DNA from: an uncultured delta proteobacterium
GTDB lineage: Bacteria > Myxococcota > Myxococcia > Myxococcales > Myxococcaceae
DNA: 64,000 bases
Reading direction: 5' to 3'
Assembly (NCBI GenBank): GCA_963771175.1
Contig: CAVYSY010000001.1
Coordinates: 1 to 64,000 of the forward strand
The notes under the pieces are model-generated. The model had not been told where the DNA came from, ran no database searches, and saw nothing but the letters and a program-made list of their open reading frames with translations. This document shows positions 1 to 11,900 of the stretch, piece by piece; position 1 is the first letter of the stretch, and each line of letters begins with the position of its first letter. The translations under genes and the position numbers were made by a program.

Positions 1-1781
1 CGTCCGCACCCAGGCGGACGCCCTTGAACACGATCGCCGACGGCTCGACGACGGCGCGCTTGAGCCCCCCCGCGAGCACCATCTTGAGCTCGGGATCGAC
101 GAGGTCGACGACGTCGAGGGCCTGCCGCCCGTCGCGCGGCCGGAGGAAGCGGCTGGCGCCCCCGAAGGCGTGGACGAGCTCGCCGCGGTCGCTGACGAGC
201 AGGCTCGGCGGCATCAGCTCCTCGAGCAGCGTGTCGTAGGCGCCCAGGAGCTGCGCGAGCGAGTACCGCCCGACCGGGGCCGGCAACGCGCCCGCCGCGA
301 CGTCGGGGCTCGGCGTGGGCGAGGGGCTGCAGCCGCGTGTCGACGGGAGTGCGCGCGTCGCTGAACTTGCGGTAGAGCTGCCAGTGCTTGTCGACGGTCT
401 CGAAGCCCGGGCCAGGGCTCCCACGCTCTCGCTCGGCCCGAGGAAGAGCACGCCGTCACGGTTCAGCGCGAAGTGGAAGAGGGAGAGCACCTTCTGCTGC
501 GCCGGCGGCTGCAGGTAGATCAGCAGGTTCCGGCAGCTGATGAGGTCGACGCGGGTGAACGGCGCGTCCTTGATCACGTTGTGCGGCGCGAACACGATCA
601 TCTGCCGCAGGTCCGGCACGACCTGATACGTGTCGCCGATCCGCAGGAAGTACCGCTCAGGCGCTCCTGGGAGACGTTGGCCACCGCCTCGTCGTCGTAG
701 ACCGCGCGCGCGGCCCGCTCGAGCGAGCCGCGGTGAACGTCGGTGGCGAAGATCTTCACCTGGCGCTCGCCGAGCTTCGCCATGAGATCGTGGAGCACGA
801 TCGCCAGCGAGTACGCCTCCTCGCCGGTCGCGCAGCCCGCCACCCAGACGCCGCAGCGGGGCCTCTCGCGGGCCGCGCCGGAGGAGCTCCGGCAGCACCT
901 GCTGCTCGAGGATCTCGAAGGCCTCTTCGTCGCGGAAGAAGCGCGTCACGCCGATGAGGAGGTCGCGGTAGAGCACGTCGAGCTCGTCCCGGTCGCTCCG
1001 CAAGCGCCGGACGTACTCCTCGATGTCGAGCGAGCGCGCCAGGGCCAGCCGGCGCTCGATGCGGCGCGTGACCGTGCTCGGCTTGTAGTGGGTGAAGTCG
1101 ATGCCGAACTCTTGCTGGAGCATCCGGTAGACGACGCCGATCCCGTGCGGCTCGGCCAGGACCACGCCGTCCGGCACGCCGCGCGCGCTCGACGGCCGCG
1201 CCAGGTGCTCGAGCAGCACCCCCGGCATCTCGTCCGGCGGGATCACCCAGTCGGCGATGCCGGTGTCGCTGCGCCGTCCGCGGCATGCCGTCGAACTGCG
1301 CGCTGTCGAGGTCCTGCACGATCACCAGGCCGCCGGCGTCGTGGACGTCGCAGATGCCGCGCGAGCCGTCGCTGCCGCCGCCCGAGAGCACGATGGCGAC
1401 GGCGCGGCTGCCGCAGTCCTGGGCGAGCGAGCGGAAGAACACGTCGATGGGCAGCGTCAGCTCCTGCTGCCGATCGCGCTCGCTCAGGAGCAGCCGTCCG
1501 CCCGAGATGATCATCTCCTTCTTCGGCGGGATCAGATAGACGTGGTCGGCCTCGACCGGCATGCCGTCCTCGACGAGATGGATCGGCAGCCGGGTGTGTC
1601 GCGCCAGCAGCTCGTCCATCAGGCTCTTGAAGTCGGGCGAGAGGTGCTGAACGACGACGAAGGCCATCCCGGTCTCGCTCGGCACGTGGTCGAAGAAGCG
1701 TTCGAGCGCGTCGAGCCCCCCCGCCGACGCGCCGATCCCCACGACGCGCGACGGCATTCGCGTTTTCTGTGCGTCGATCAT
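1..1781 (-). CDS. CheB methylesterase-CheR methyltransferase fusion (frameshifted, runs off window start)
   Basis: CheB motifs [21 protein letters not shown] and LSGGGSDG in ORF 756-1781. CheR motifs [13 protein letters not shown] and KIFATDV in ORF 598-843. Frame switches between the blocks. Confidence 0.9.
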
Positions 1782-1824
1782 CGTCGCCCCGCCCCCTCAC
1801 GAATCGTGTTGGTGGGCCGGCATA

Positions 1825-1841
1825 TGCACGGTTTGTGCCGA
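1825..1841 (-). promoter_or_regulatory. possible sigma-54 (-24/-12) promoter for cheB/cheR
   Basis: Minus strand reads TCGGCACAAACCGTGCA, a GG-N10-GC spacing close to the TGGCAC-N5-TTGC consensus, about 45 bp upstream of the start codon. Confidence 0.4.
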
Positions 1842-2095
1842 ACCGATGATTGACGGAAGTATCCGAAAAATAAGGGCTTACTTGCCGGGGCGTCGATGAG
1901 CCCCGATGGAACGCACGGGGACAAGTCGTGTAAGAAAGTCTCGCGAAGGGTCACGCCGTGCTGTTCGTCGAGCGCCGGGAGGGGTCTCGGCTCTCCTCGG
2001 TTTCGCCCCCCTCCCATGGGATCGTATTGGACCTTGGTCCACTGCCGCGGTGGGGTGAATGGGCCGAGAATGGGTCCGACCCGTGGGAGGGGATT

Positions 2096-2497
2096 ATGCA
2101 AGTACCAATGTGGATCAAACCAATGGTCTGGGGCGTCGTCTTCGGTGCGGTGGGGATCATGATCGTCGGATTTACCTGGCTGGGGTGGACGCTCGGCCAC
2201 ACGACCACGAGATTGGTGGCGGAAGCCAGGGAATCGGCCGTGGTCGCCGCGCTCACGCCGTTCTGCGTTTCGAATTACATGAAGCAGCCCGACGCGTCCG
2301 CGAAGCTCGCGCTGCTCCGGGCGGACACGTCGGAATACACACAGCGGGACCTGATCGAGAGATTTGGCTTTGCAACCGTTCCCGGCAGTACCGAACCGAG
2401 CTCGGGGCTCGCGTCCGCGTGCGTGACCGCGCTCCGGACCGTCAGCGTGGCCGCCCCAGGAAAGGGCGTGCCGGGCAGCGGAACGTCCAGCCAGTAA
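2096..2497 (+). CDS. small membrane-anchored conserved hypothetical protein
   Basis: ATG 2096 follows GGGAGGG. N-terminal TM segment WGVVFGAVGIMIVGFTWLGW and two Cys (PFCV, SAC). The 3' end coincides with an apparent junction. Confidence 0.65.
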   Translation: MQVPMWIKPMVWGVVFGAVGIMIVGFTWLGWTLGHTTTRLVAEARESAVVAALTPFCVSNYMKQPDASAKLALLRADTSEYTQRDLIERFGFATVPGSTEPSSGLASACVTALRTVSVAAPGKGVPGSGTSSQ

Positions 2498-3093
2498 TGG
2501 TGGATTCGCATCGGGGGGCACGCTGTACGCGGCGACGCCGCCCGCCGTTCGAGCGAACACCAACACAATCATGATCAACGGAATGCAGCTCAGGTACAAA
2601 GAGAACTTGGCAACGTACTGGATCCCCTTCACGCCGACGTAGGACATGGCGTACGCCCAGGCGATGGCGATCAGCGTGAAGGGCAGGCTGCCGGGGCCGG
2701 CCGTCGATCCGACGCCTTTGAGTATGAAGAGCGTGGAGACGAAAACGTTGACCGAGATCCAGCCGACTTGCAGCAGGCCCATCAGCAGGCCCGGCATCAG
2801 GTAGCCGCCCTTCGTGCCGAAGGTCGAACTGCCGACGACATACAGCGGGTAGCCCGTTTGCATGCCGAGCATGGCGGGCACGCGGTAGAAGAGAGCGTAG
2901 CTCAGCAGACCGGCCACGGCCAGGCCAGCAAACAGAGGCCGACGCCAGCCTGGTCCAGCGTGCCTTTGGCAATGTCCTTGTAGAAAACGACCCATAAGAA
3001 GACGCCCGCATAGGCCGGCGCGGTGTTGATGTACCACGGCGCGCGGTTGGAAGCCGGATTCGGAACTGCTTTGGAGATGTAGTCAGGCAGCAT
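2498..3093 (-). CDS. NCS1 / purine-cytosine permease family transporter, N-terminal part only (frameshifted, truncated at junction)
   Basis: MLPDYISKAVPNPASNRAPWYINTAPAYAGVFLW..., then TGYPLYVVGSSTFGTKGG and several TM helices. Only about 200 aa are present before unrelated sequence begins. Confidence 0.75.
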
Positions 3094-3131
3094 GGATATT
3101 CCTCGCAAGAGATGAAGCGCAGACCAGTATA

Positions 3132-5159
3132 CTACCTGGGCAGGCCGTCGGAGAGCGCGGCCAGGAATTGCGCCCGGGCCGTGTCGACGAAGAAGTGACC
3201 GCCGGAGATGATGCGCAGGTCGAAGGCGCCGGTGGTTTGCTTGCTCCAGGCTTCCAGGTGTTCCCGACGCACGTTGGGATCCTCAGAGCCGCCGTAGGCG
3301 CGGATGGGGCAGTCGAGCGGCGCCTCCTCGGAGTACACGTAGTTGCGGTAGAGCGCCGTGTCCGCCTGGAGCGCCGGCAGAACCACGCGCAGCAGATCCT
3401 TGTTGTTGAGCACCTCGTCGGGGAGTCCCTTCGAGCCGGTTGAGCTCCTGGAGGAACTCTTCTTCGGAGGGCTCCGGAGGCGGCGCATGGCCCAGACGGA
3501 ACTGCGGGGCGCGCGCGCCGGAAACGAGGAGCGCCGCGGGCAGGGGCCGCTTCTCCCGGCGCAGCAGGCGCGCCAGTTCGAAGGCGACCGCGGCCCCCAT
3601 GCTGTGCCCAAAGAAGGCAAAGGGCTGGCCGAGGTACGGCTCGATCGCCTCGCCGAGCGCCTGCACCAGCGGCTCCATGCGCCGAAGAGGGACCTCGGCC
3701 ATGCGGCTCTCTCGTCCGGGGAGCCGCGCCGGGCAAACCACAACGCCAGGCGGAAGCGCTTCCGCCCAGCCTCGAAAGGCCGAGGTTCCCGCGCCGGCGT
3801 ATGGAAAGCAGAACAGCCGCAGGGTGGCTCCCGCGTTTCGATCCGCCAAGGGGAACCAGGAAGAGTCCGGCGCCTTCTTCCGCAACCGCAGCGCGAGGAG
3901 CCGGCGCTTCTCGGGCGTCAGACTCTCGAGCATGGACGCAGCGGGCGGCTGCGCTTGCGTCTGCGCGACTGTCACTTTCCTGGGCGATCGGACGATCCGC
4001 TCGAGGTAGCTCTCGAAGGGATCGACGCTGAGGCTCTCGGCATAAGCCAGCGCTCTCTCGCGGGAGAGCGAGGAGAGCTGCTCGTAGTGCGGCGATCCGT
4101 CAGCAGCTTGGCGGAGGGCCGCGTGCCAGGGACCGATGTCCTGCTCGGGCACTTCGGCGACGGGGACCATCTGTTCGTCGACTTCGTGGCGGTAGCGCCC
4201 GATGGGCCGGACGGGAAGCAGGTAATCGACACCCAGCATCGCCTCCGGAATGCCGCCGATGTTGCTTGCCAGGACGGGGACGCCCCGCAGCATCGCCTCG
4301 GGAATGATCCGCGACCGTGCTTCGGCCCAGAGCGACGGCACCAGGAGCACGCGCGTGCGCGAGAGGATCTTGTCGATGTCATCCACGGGCTCGAGAACCT
4401 GCACGTTGGCGTGCTTCCGCAGGGCCTGCATGTCTTCGCGGTTCGTGCCCCAGGTCGGGACGGCGGCGAAGCGCACCTCCGGCATCCGCTCGGCCAGGGC
4501 GAGGAAGATCGAGATGCCCTTGACGGCGCACGGATTCACGAGGGTGACGAACTCGTTGTCGAAGCGGCCGAGGAAAGGGTACGGGCCGGGATCGAGGAGC
4601 GAGATGGGAACGTGAACGGCATCGATGCCGCCCCACGTTCGCACGTAGTCCGCGACGTACTGGCTGACTCCCACGACGCCGTCCACGCGCCGCAGCATTT
4701 CGGTCTTGGCGGCGCTCGGGAAAGCGCAATCGGGGCCGAACGGAACAGCCAGCGAGGCACGCGCCAGGTACACGACCCTGGGCTCACCCGCCCGGAGCGC
4801 GGCTTCGAGCAGCAGTTGCGCCGGATCGTCGGTGGAGGTCAGGATGACCGACGGCCCGAATTCCACGATCTGGCCGGCGAAGTAGGCGCGGATGTTGGGA
4901 TGATCGGCACGACGTGGACTTCGACTTCCCGGTGGCGGAATACGACGACGCCCGAGCGCGAGGAAAGAACGGGCGTGGCCCGGGCAGCCAGATCGGCAAG
5001 GAAGCGCGCGTGCTCATCGGCGCCGAAGCTCGCCAGGCGCGCGACCACACGGCAGACGTGCCCCTTGCGCGCGAGCGCCTCCATGAGCAGCCGATTCGAC
5101 TTGTCGCCGCCGCCGTGCGAAGGATAGTACAGCGAGTTCTGGGCCAGCAGGATCTTCAT
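3132..5159 (-). CDS. GT-B (GT4-like) glycosyltransferase fused to C-terminal thioesterase (frameshifted)
   Basis: GT motifs MKILLAQNSLYYPSHGGG, NPCAVKG and VLLVPSLWAEARSRIIPEAMLRGVPVLASNIGGIPE. TE motifs RLFCFPYAGAG, FGHSMGA and GGHFF. Confidence 0.88.
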
Positions 5160-5169
5160 CGGGCGGCCT

Positions 5170-6476
5170 TCAGTGATCTTCCTGGCGCTGTTTCGCGCGC
5201 AGCCGCTGGAGCAGCAAGGCTCGCTTCCCGGCGGAGAGCGCGCCGAGTTGATCCTGCGTGGCGGCGCTCTGCCCGGCCAGCGCGTCCGGCGAGGGCGGCG
5301 CGAGCGACGTCAGAATACTCCGCCATCCGCTCCGGCCGGAGGCCGGTCACGAAGCGCAGCGCCCTTTCCCGCGAAGTCTCCGACTCCTCCTCATACAGCG
5401 CGCGTTCGGTGAGCAGCGCCCGCAGCGCCTCGGCCCACGGCTCAATGTCCTGTTCCGGAGTGACCGGGCTCGGCAGGCCGTGCTCGTCGAAGACGGGTTC
5501 ATAGCGCTTGATGGGCCGCACGGGCAGCACGAAGCGCGTGCCCAGCTTGGCTTCGGTCAGGCCGCCGGAATCGCTGGCAATCACCGGAATGCCGCGCAGC
5601 ATCGCCTCCGTGACGCTGAGGCCGAAGCCCTCGTACCACAGCGAGGGCATCAGCAGTACGCGCGTCTTGCTGAACACCTGCTCGATGTTCCTCACGTTCG
5701 CGAGCAGCGTGACGTTGGGGAGCGCCTCGAGCGCCCGGCGGTCCGCCGCCGTGGTCCCCCAACCCGGCAAGCGCTCCGAAGGAGTACTCGGGAAACCTTC
5801 GCGCCAGCGCCAGAAAGATCGAGATGCCCTTCACGGCGCAGGGGTTGACCATGGTGACCAGACCTTTGTCGAAGGAGCCGTACTTCTCGAAGGGGCCGTG
5901 GCCGTAGATCGGCGGATGGATTACCACGGGACGCCGGCCGGCGTAGTGCTCGATGTAGCCGGCGGTGTGCTGGCCGATGGCGACGATGGCCGCGCAGGCG
6001 TGCACGAGCCTGGTCCCTTCGGGATTGGGGTTCCAGCTGGCGGGACCGAAGGGGAACAGCTGCGGCGTGTGCGCCAGGTAGACGACGCGGCCCGGCGCCG
6101 CGTGCAAGGCCTCGCCGAGCAGCACCTGGCCGAGGTCTTCGGAGGACACCAGCACCCAGTCGGGCTGGAAGTCGCGGATCTGCTCGCGCAGAACCTGGCT
6201 GCGGCGATGAGGCTCGGCGGCGGAGAGAACCAGGATGGACCCCCGGCGGACCATCTCGACGCCATCTCTCTTCTCGAGGCCGGCTGGAAGCGACGTGGAT
6301 TTCCTCGTCGCGGATCTGTTCCGTGCTTGCCGGCGCGGTCATGCGCGAGCTCGGAGGCCGACGATGCGGCACTCGTGCCCGGCCGCGGACAGCAGTTCGA
6401 GCCAGACGATGTTGCTGCGCGTCGCGCCGCCTCGCGGCGGCACGTACGACGCGTTGGCAGCCAGCAGAATGCGCAT
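5170..6476 (-). CDS. GT-B (GT4-like) glycosyltransferase (frameshifted)
   Basis: MRILLAANASYVPPRGG..., NPCAVKG and VLLMPSLWYEGFGLSVTEAMLRGIPVIASDSGGLTEA. The frame-corrected C-terminus ends ...LSAGKRALLLQRLRAKQRQEDH* (TGA at 5170-5172). Confidence 0.88.
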
Positions 6477-6479
6477 GGC

Positions 6480-8678
6480 TCAGCGGCCTCCGTCGCTCTC
6501 GAGTTGCCTCCGTCTCCTGTGCCAGCAGGGCCCGGACTTCGTCGTCGGAGAGCCCCTCGAGCTCCGCCAGGATGGCAGCGTACTCATCCGGGCCGGCCTG
6601 CTCGATCAGGCGCACTTCTATGGCTTTGGCCAACTCGGCCACCGTGAAAGCGCTGCTGTAGACGACATCCAGCGGCAGCTCTACCTGGTAGGTCTGGCGG
6701 ACGCGCGAGAGCAGTTGCACCGCCAGCAGGGAATGCCCGCCGAGGTCAAAGAAGTTATCGTAGATGCCCACCGAGGGGAGGCCCAGAAGCTCGGCCCACA
6801 GCGCGGCAAGCTGCTGCTCGAGCTCGGTGCGCGGCGCGGCAGGCGCACCGTGGCGAACCGCGCCATTGCGGGAGGAGGCCCGCACGTGTTCCTGAATCTC
6901 GGCCGACCGTGCGCAGCTTGGCTGGCGATGTAGTTGAAGTCGATCGGCTCCCGGGCCGCTGACTTCTCAGCGGGTTCCTCGGGCGCCGGCCGCTGTGGCG
7001 CGCTGGCCGGCGTGTAGTGGATGGAGGCGGCGTAGCAGGCCGGAAAGCGGAACAGGAAGCCCTGCTCGGCGGGCTGCTTGAACTGCGCTCCGACGCTCTC
7101 CAGGAACAGCAGGGCCGGCCGGTTCCGCTGGGTCGGGAGGAACGGAACGTCGACTCTGCGGAGGCCTCTGCTGCAGGGCGATTTCACCAAGCTGGGCGAG
7201 CAGGCGGTGCTCGACGCCACGGCCCAGCACACGGCAGCTCAGAAGGAACGTATCCACGCGCAGCGCGTCGCGGACCGGATTCGAAGATCGCCAAACCCGT
7301 GAGCCCGTAGCTCCCGAAGCGGTCGCTCACGTCGACGGTCAGACACTCGGCGGTACCCGAGCGGAGCAAGGCCTGAATGTCGGCCTCGGTCCGCCGGATG
7401 GTCGTGAAGTTCATCTGGTTGGTCCGCTGGGTCAGTTGAGCGACCCGGGGAAGCTGCTCCGGCAGTGATCGGCGCGATGTGGACTTCGAGCTGGAGCGAG
7501 GCGATGAACTCTTCCAGGGTCTTGGCCTGCTTCTCGAGCCGGGCGCGCTCGATCCGCTGGGTGTAGAGCGCGGTGCGGTGCTTGTCCTCTTCGGTGATCT
7601 TGATGCGGTCGAAAGCCCAGACGTGTTGCAGAAAGTCCGGGATCTCGTCCGGGTCGGCGGGCAGCGGGAGGGTGAGGACTTCGGGACGCGCCGCCTGGAC
7701 CTCGGCGCACTCCTGGGGGTTGTCGTCGACGAAGATGAAGCTGTCGAGCCCCAGCTGCAGCTCCTCGCCAGGCGGCCAGGTTGGCCGACTTGGCCGCCCA
7801 GTTGATCGCGCCGGGCGACAAAGTGCTCCAGCCGCAGGGGCATTTCGGGGTGAACGCGGAAGGTCTCGAGGACGTCCTCCTCGTTGTTCTTGCTGCACAG
7901 GCACAGCAGCATGCCGGCGTCGTGCTGCGCCACCATGAACTCCTGGAGCGCTCGCCGCGGCGGGTCGAGGACGACTCCTTCCGGTCCGTCCTCGCCGCAG
8001 ATGCCCTGCCAGAGAGTGTCGTCGCAGTCGAGCGCGATGACCTTGTAGGGCGTCGCGCGCAAGGCGTGGATCTTCCGGGCGAGCAGGGTGCCCAGCGCGG
8101 TGAAGTACTCCGGCGGTGTAAGGGATGTGGCCCAGCTCGTCGCCGTGCGGATCGTGCTTTTCCGGCACCGGATAGAGGCGTCGAGTTCGGCCGCCGGAGG
8201 AAGTGCACCGTCGCCGAGGCCGCGCAGGCTGGTCTCGATGTGCTCCGTCATGCGCTCGGCGAAAGCGGCGCGGGCCGGATCCGCCAGAAAGCCGGGGAGA
8301 GGGCAGACGCACACCAGCAGCGAGGAAGGAGAAGGAGCCCGCCGCGGCCGAGCGCAGGCAGGAAACCAGATAGCGGGCGTTCTCTTCCAGGCTCTCCAGG
8401 CTAGGGGTCGGAGGCGTTCTGAAAGCGCACCCAGTCCTCGAGGCGCACCAGCACCACGTTGATGCCGCCGCGGTTCTGCGCCAGCAGGCTCGGCGGGGTC
8501 CAGCAACTGCTGGAAGACCTGGTTGTAGGGAGCGAACCGGACCGGCAGGTCCAGGCCGAGCCTGCGCAGCCAGAAGGACAGGGTCTCCCCCAGCGACTCC
8601 GCCGTGAAGGTGGCGCTGACGGCGACCAGCGGAGCCGACTGCGGTTCTGGCTTCTGGCCTGGTGTGAATCGGGGTCAT
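6480..8678 (-). CDS. FkbH-like (HAD IIIC) glyceryl transferase/phosphatase with C-terminal phosphopantetheine carrier domain (frameshifted)
   Basis: HAD motif KVIALDCDDTLWQG, CSKNNEEDV, FIFVDDNPQEC, QLTQRTNQMN, DRFGSYGL and LSCRVLGRGVE. Carrier domain DNFFDLGGHSLLAVQL. Confidence 0.9.
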
Positions 8679-8921
8679 CTGGATACTTGAAACTGCGAGA
8701 CGTCAGGGACGGGGTGGAAGTTTCGCACTCCGGCCTCTCAATTCCATTATGGTTCGAGCCGCCGCGCCGGGCACAACTCGGATGGGTGCGGCGGGGAAGG
8801 TTCAGCGCGGAGGCGCGGAGGGCGCGGAGTTGTGATATAAAAGAACGATTGTTAACGTACTAGATCTCATGGGGCTACTGGTTGTTACTGGGGGAAGTGA
8901 CTTGGACATGGAGGTCCACCA

Positions 8922-11900
8922 GTGGCTCGTGTTTCGGCGGTCTTCTCTCGCGTTTCTGCAATCTGCCTGGCCGTTCTCCTGGGGGCGGCGTGCGTCAGCA
9001 CGGCATCCGCACAGGACTCGCACATTCGTTTGCTTGAAGAGAAGTCTGATCCAGGCCACTCCTGGCAGCCTGCCTGCGGTGTCTTATTCGGTTCGCGACA
9101 TCGGCCGCGTTGCGGGCGCCGTGCGGCTGGCGTTGCCGGAAGCGGGCGGGCACGCCCTGGTGCTGACCGAGACGGGCAAGGTGTGGGCGTGGGGGGACAA
9201 CCGAACGGGTCAACTCGGTGTGGGTGACACCAGAGTCCGCCCGGAGTGGGTGGCAGTCGCGGAGCTGGACTCGGTGGTGGCCATCGCGGCGGGAACGCAG
9301 CACAGCGTCGCAGCTGCGGCGCGACGGCAGGGTGTGGACTTGGGGCGGGAATAGCCAGGGGCAGTTGGGGGACGGGAGCCTGTGGGCGCGCTATCGGCCG
9401 GTGCGGGTGCAGGGGCTCCGCGATGTTGTGGCGGTGGCGGCGGGGGTGCAGTACACGCTGGCGCTGCGGCGAGACGGAACGGTGTGGGCCTGGGGCAGCA
9501 ACTGGACGGGTGTAGCGCCAGGAGTGGCGGAGAAGATTCTGCTCGGCGCCGGTCGAAGTGCGGGGTCTTGAGAAGGTTGAGGCTATCTGGATACGCGGCA
9601 ACCGGCCCTATGCCCGGGACGCTGAAGGGCGGCAGTGGACCTGGGGCACGCCGGAAGCTGGCCCGCGGCAAGTGGAACCGCCAATCGAGCCGGAGACAGC
9701 CGCGAGAGTGAGCTGGCCGGGTCTGTTGGGACGCGATCGCGTGGTGCGGGTGGTGGAAAGCGCACTGGAGGTGGAGGAGAAGGGCGAGACGGTGGCGCGG
9801 ATCGAGGCGCGGCGGCCCGGAGTGGAGTTGCAGGCCGGCTGGGCGGTGGGCTGGATTGAGGAGGCGGCGGTCGGCGGGGAGCGGACCTGCTGGGGGCTGC
9901 AACCTACGCGCTCGCCTCGGCAGCCACAGTGCAGTCTGGTCCACGAAGCTGGCGGGTGCGGCAGGGGCCCTCACGGCCAGCACCACCACATTGGCTCCAG
10001 CGCCCAATCCCGCGGTCTTCGGTGCGCCGGTGACCCTGACGGCCACGGTTTCGCCCTCGGCGGCCACGGGCCAGGTGACGTTCTACGACGGCACGACGGT
10101 GCTGGGCGTGGGCACTCTGGCCAGCGGAACGGCGACGCTAGCGACCAGCCTCGTTGCCGGCGGGCAGCCGGTCCTTGCGGGCGTACTACGGGGGCGACGC
10201 GATCTACGCCGCCAGCACATCGGCGTCGGTAGCGCAGACGGTGAACGCGCAGCCGGCGAACAGCTTTCTGGCGGCGGTGAACTACGGGGCGGGCACCGGT
10301 CCTCAGTTCGGTGGCGGTCGGGGACTTCAACGGGGACGGCAAGGCCGACCTGGCCGTGGCCAACTAGCTCAGCAGCAACAACGTGAGCGTGCTGCTGGGC
10401 AATGGCAACGGGACCTTCCAGGCGGCGGTGAACTACGCGACGGGCACATGGCGCCTATGTCGGTGGCGGTCGGGGACTTCAACGGGGACGGCAAGGCCGA
10501 CCTGGCCGTGGCCAACTGCACCAGCAACAACGTGAGCGTGCTGCTGGGCAATGGCGACGGGACCTTCCAGGCGGCGGTGAACTACGCGAGCGGGCGACTA
10601 GCCCTAGGTCGGTGGCGGTCGGGGACTTCAACGGGGACGGCAAGGCCGACCTGGCCGTGGCCAACGACGCCAGCAACAACGTGAGCGTGCTGCTGGGCAA
10701 TGGCAACGGGACCTTCCAGGCGGCGGTGAACTACGCGGCGGGCAGTGGCTCCTATGTCGGTGGCGGTCGGGGACTTCAACGGGGACGGCAAGGCCGACCT
10801 GGCCGTGGCCAACGTCAGCCAGCAACAACGTGAGCGTGCTGCTGGGCAACGGCAACGGGACCTTCCAGGCGGCGGTGAACTACGCGGCGGGCAGCGGTCC
10901 TGTATTCGGTGGCGGTCGGGGACTTCAACGGGGACGGCAAGGCCGACCTGGCCGTGGCCAACTACAGCAGCAACAACGTGAGCGTGCTGCTGGGCAATGG
11001 CAACGGGACCTTCCAGGCGGCGGTGAACTACGCGGCGGGCACGAGTCCTTGCTCGGTGGCGGTCGGGGACTTCAACGGGGACGGCAAGGCCGACCTGGCC
11101 GTGGCCAACTACTCCAGCAACAGCGTGAGCGTGCTGCTGGGCAACGGCAACGGGACCTTCCAGGCGGCGGTGAACTACGGGGCGGGCAGCAGTCCTGCGC
11201 TCGGTGTGCGGTCGGGGACTTCAACGGGGACGGCAAGGCCGACCTGGCCGTGGCCAACTCGACAGCGACAACGTGAGCGTGCTGCTGGGGACGTGGTGCC
11301 GGTCCTGCCCACCACTACGGCGCTCGCGGCCGCGCCGAATCCTTCCACGTTTGGCCAGCCGGTGACGCTGACGGCCACGGTTTCGCCCTCGGCGGCCACG
11401 GGCCAGGTGACGTTCTACGACGGCACCACGGTGCTGGGCGTGGGCACCCTGGCCGGCGGAACGGCGACGCTGTCAGACCAGCCTCGTTGCCGGCGGGCAG
11501 CCGGTCCTTGCGGGCGTACTACGGGGGCGACGCGACCTACTCGCCAGCACATCGGCGTCGGTAGCACAGACGGTGAACTGCGCGAGCCCTGGCGAACAGA
11601 CTTTCCTGGCGGCGGTGAACTACGGCGGCGGGCACGCGTCCACCACTAGTCGCGTGGCGGTCGGGGACTTCAACGGGGACGGCAAGGCCGACCTGGCCGT
11701 GGCCAACGATACGGACGGCAACAACGTGAGCGTGCTGCTGGGCAATGGCAACGGGACCTTCCAGGCGGCGGTGAACTACGCGAGCGGGCACGAGTCCTCG
11801 CGTCGGTGGCGGTCGGGGACTTCAACGGGGACGGCAAGGCCGACCTGGCCGTGGCCAACACTGAGCAACGGCGTGAGCGTGCTGCTGGGCAATGGCAACG

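Noticed and set aside
1778..3037. Full-length 419 aa permease
   Set aside because: Permease-like sequence ends near 2500. The remainder is the antisense of an unrelated gene.
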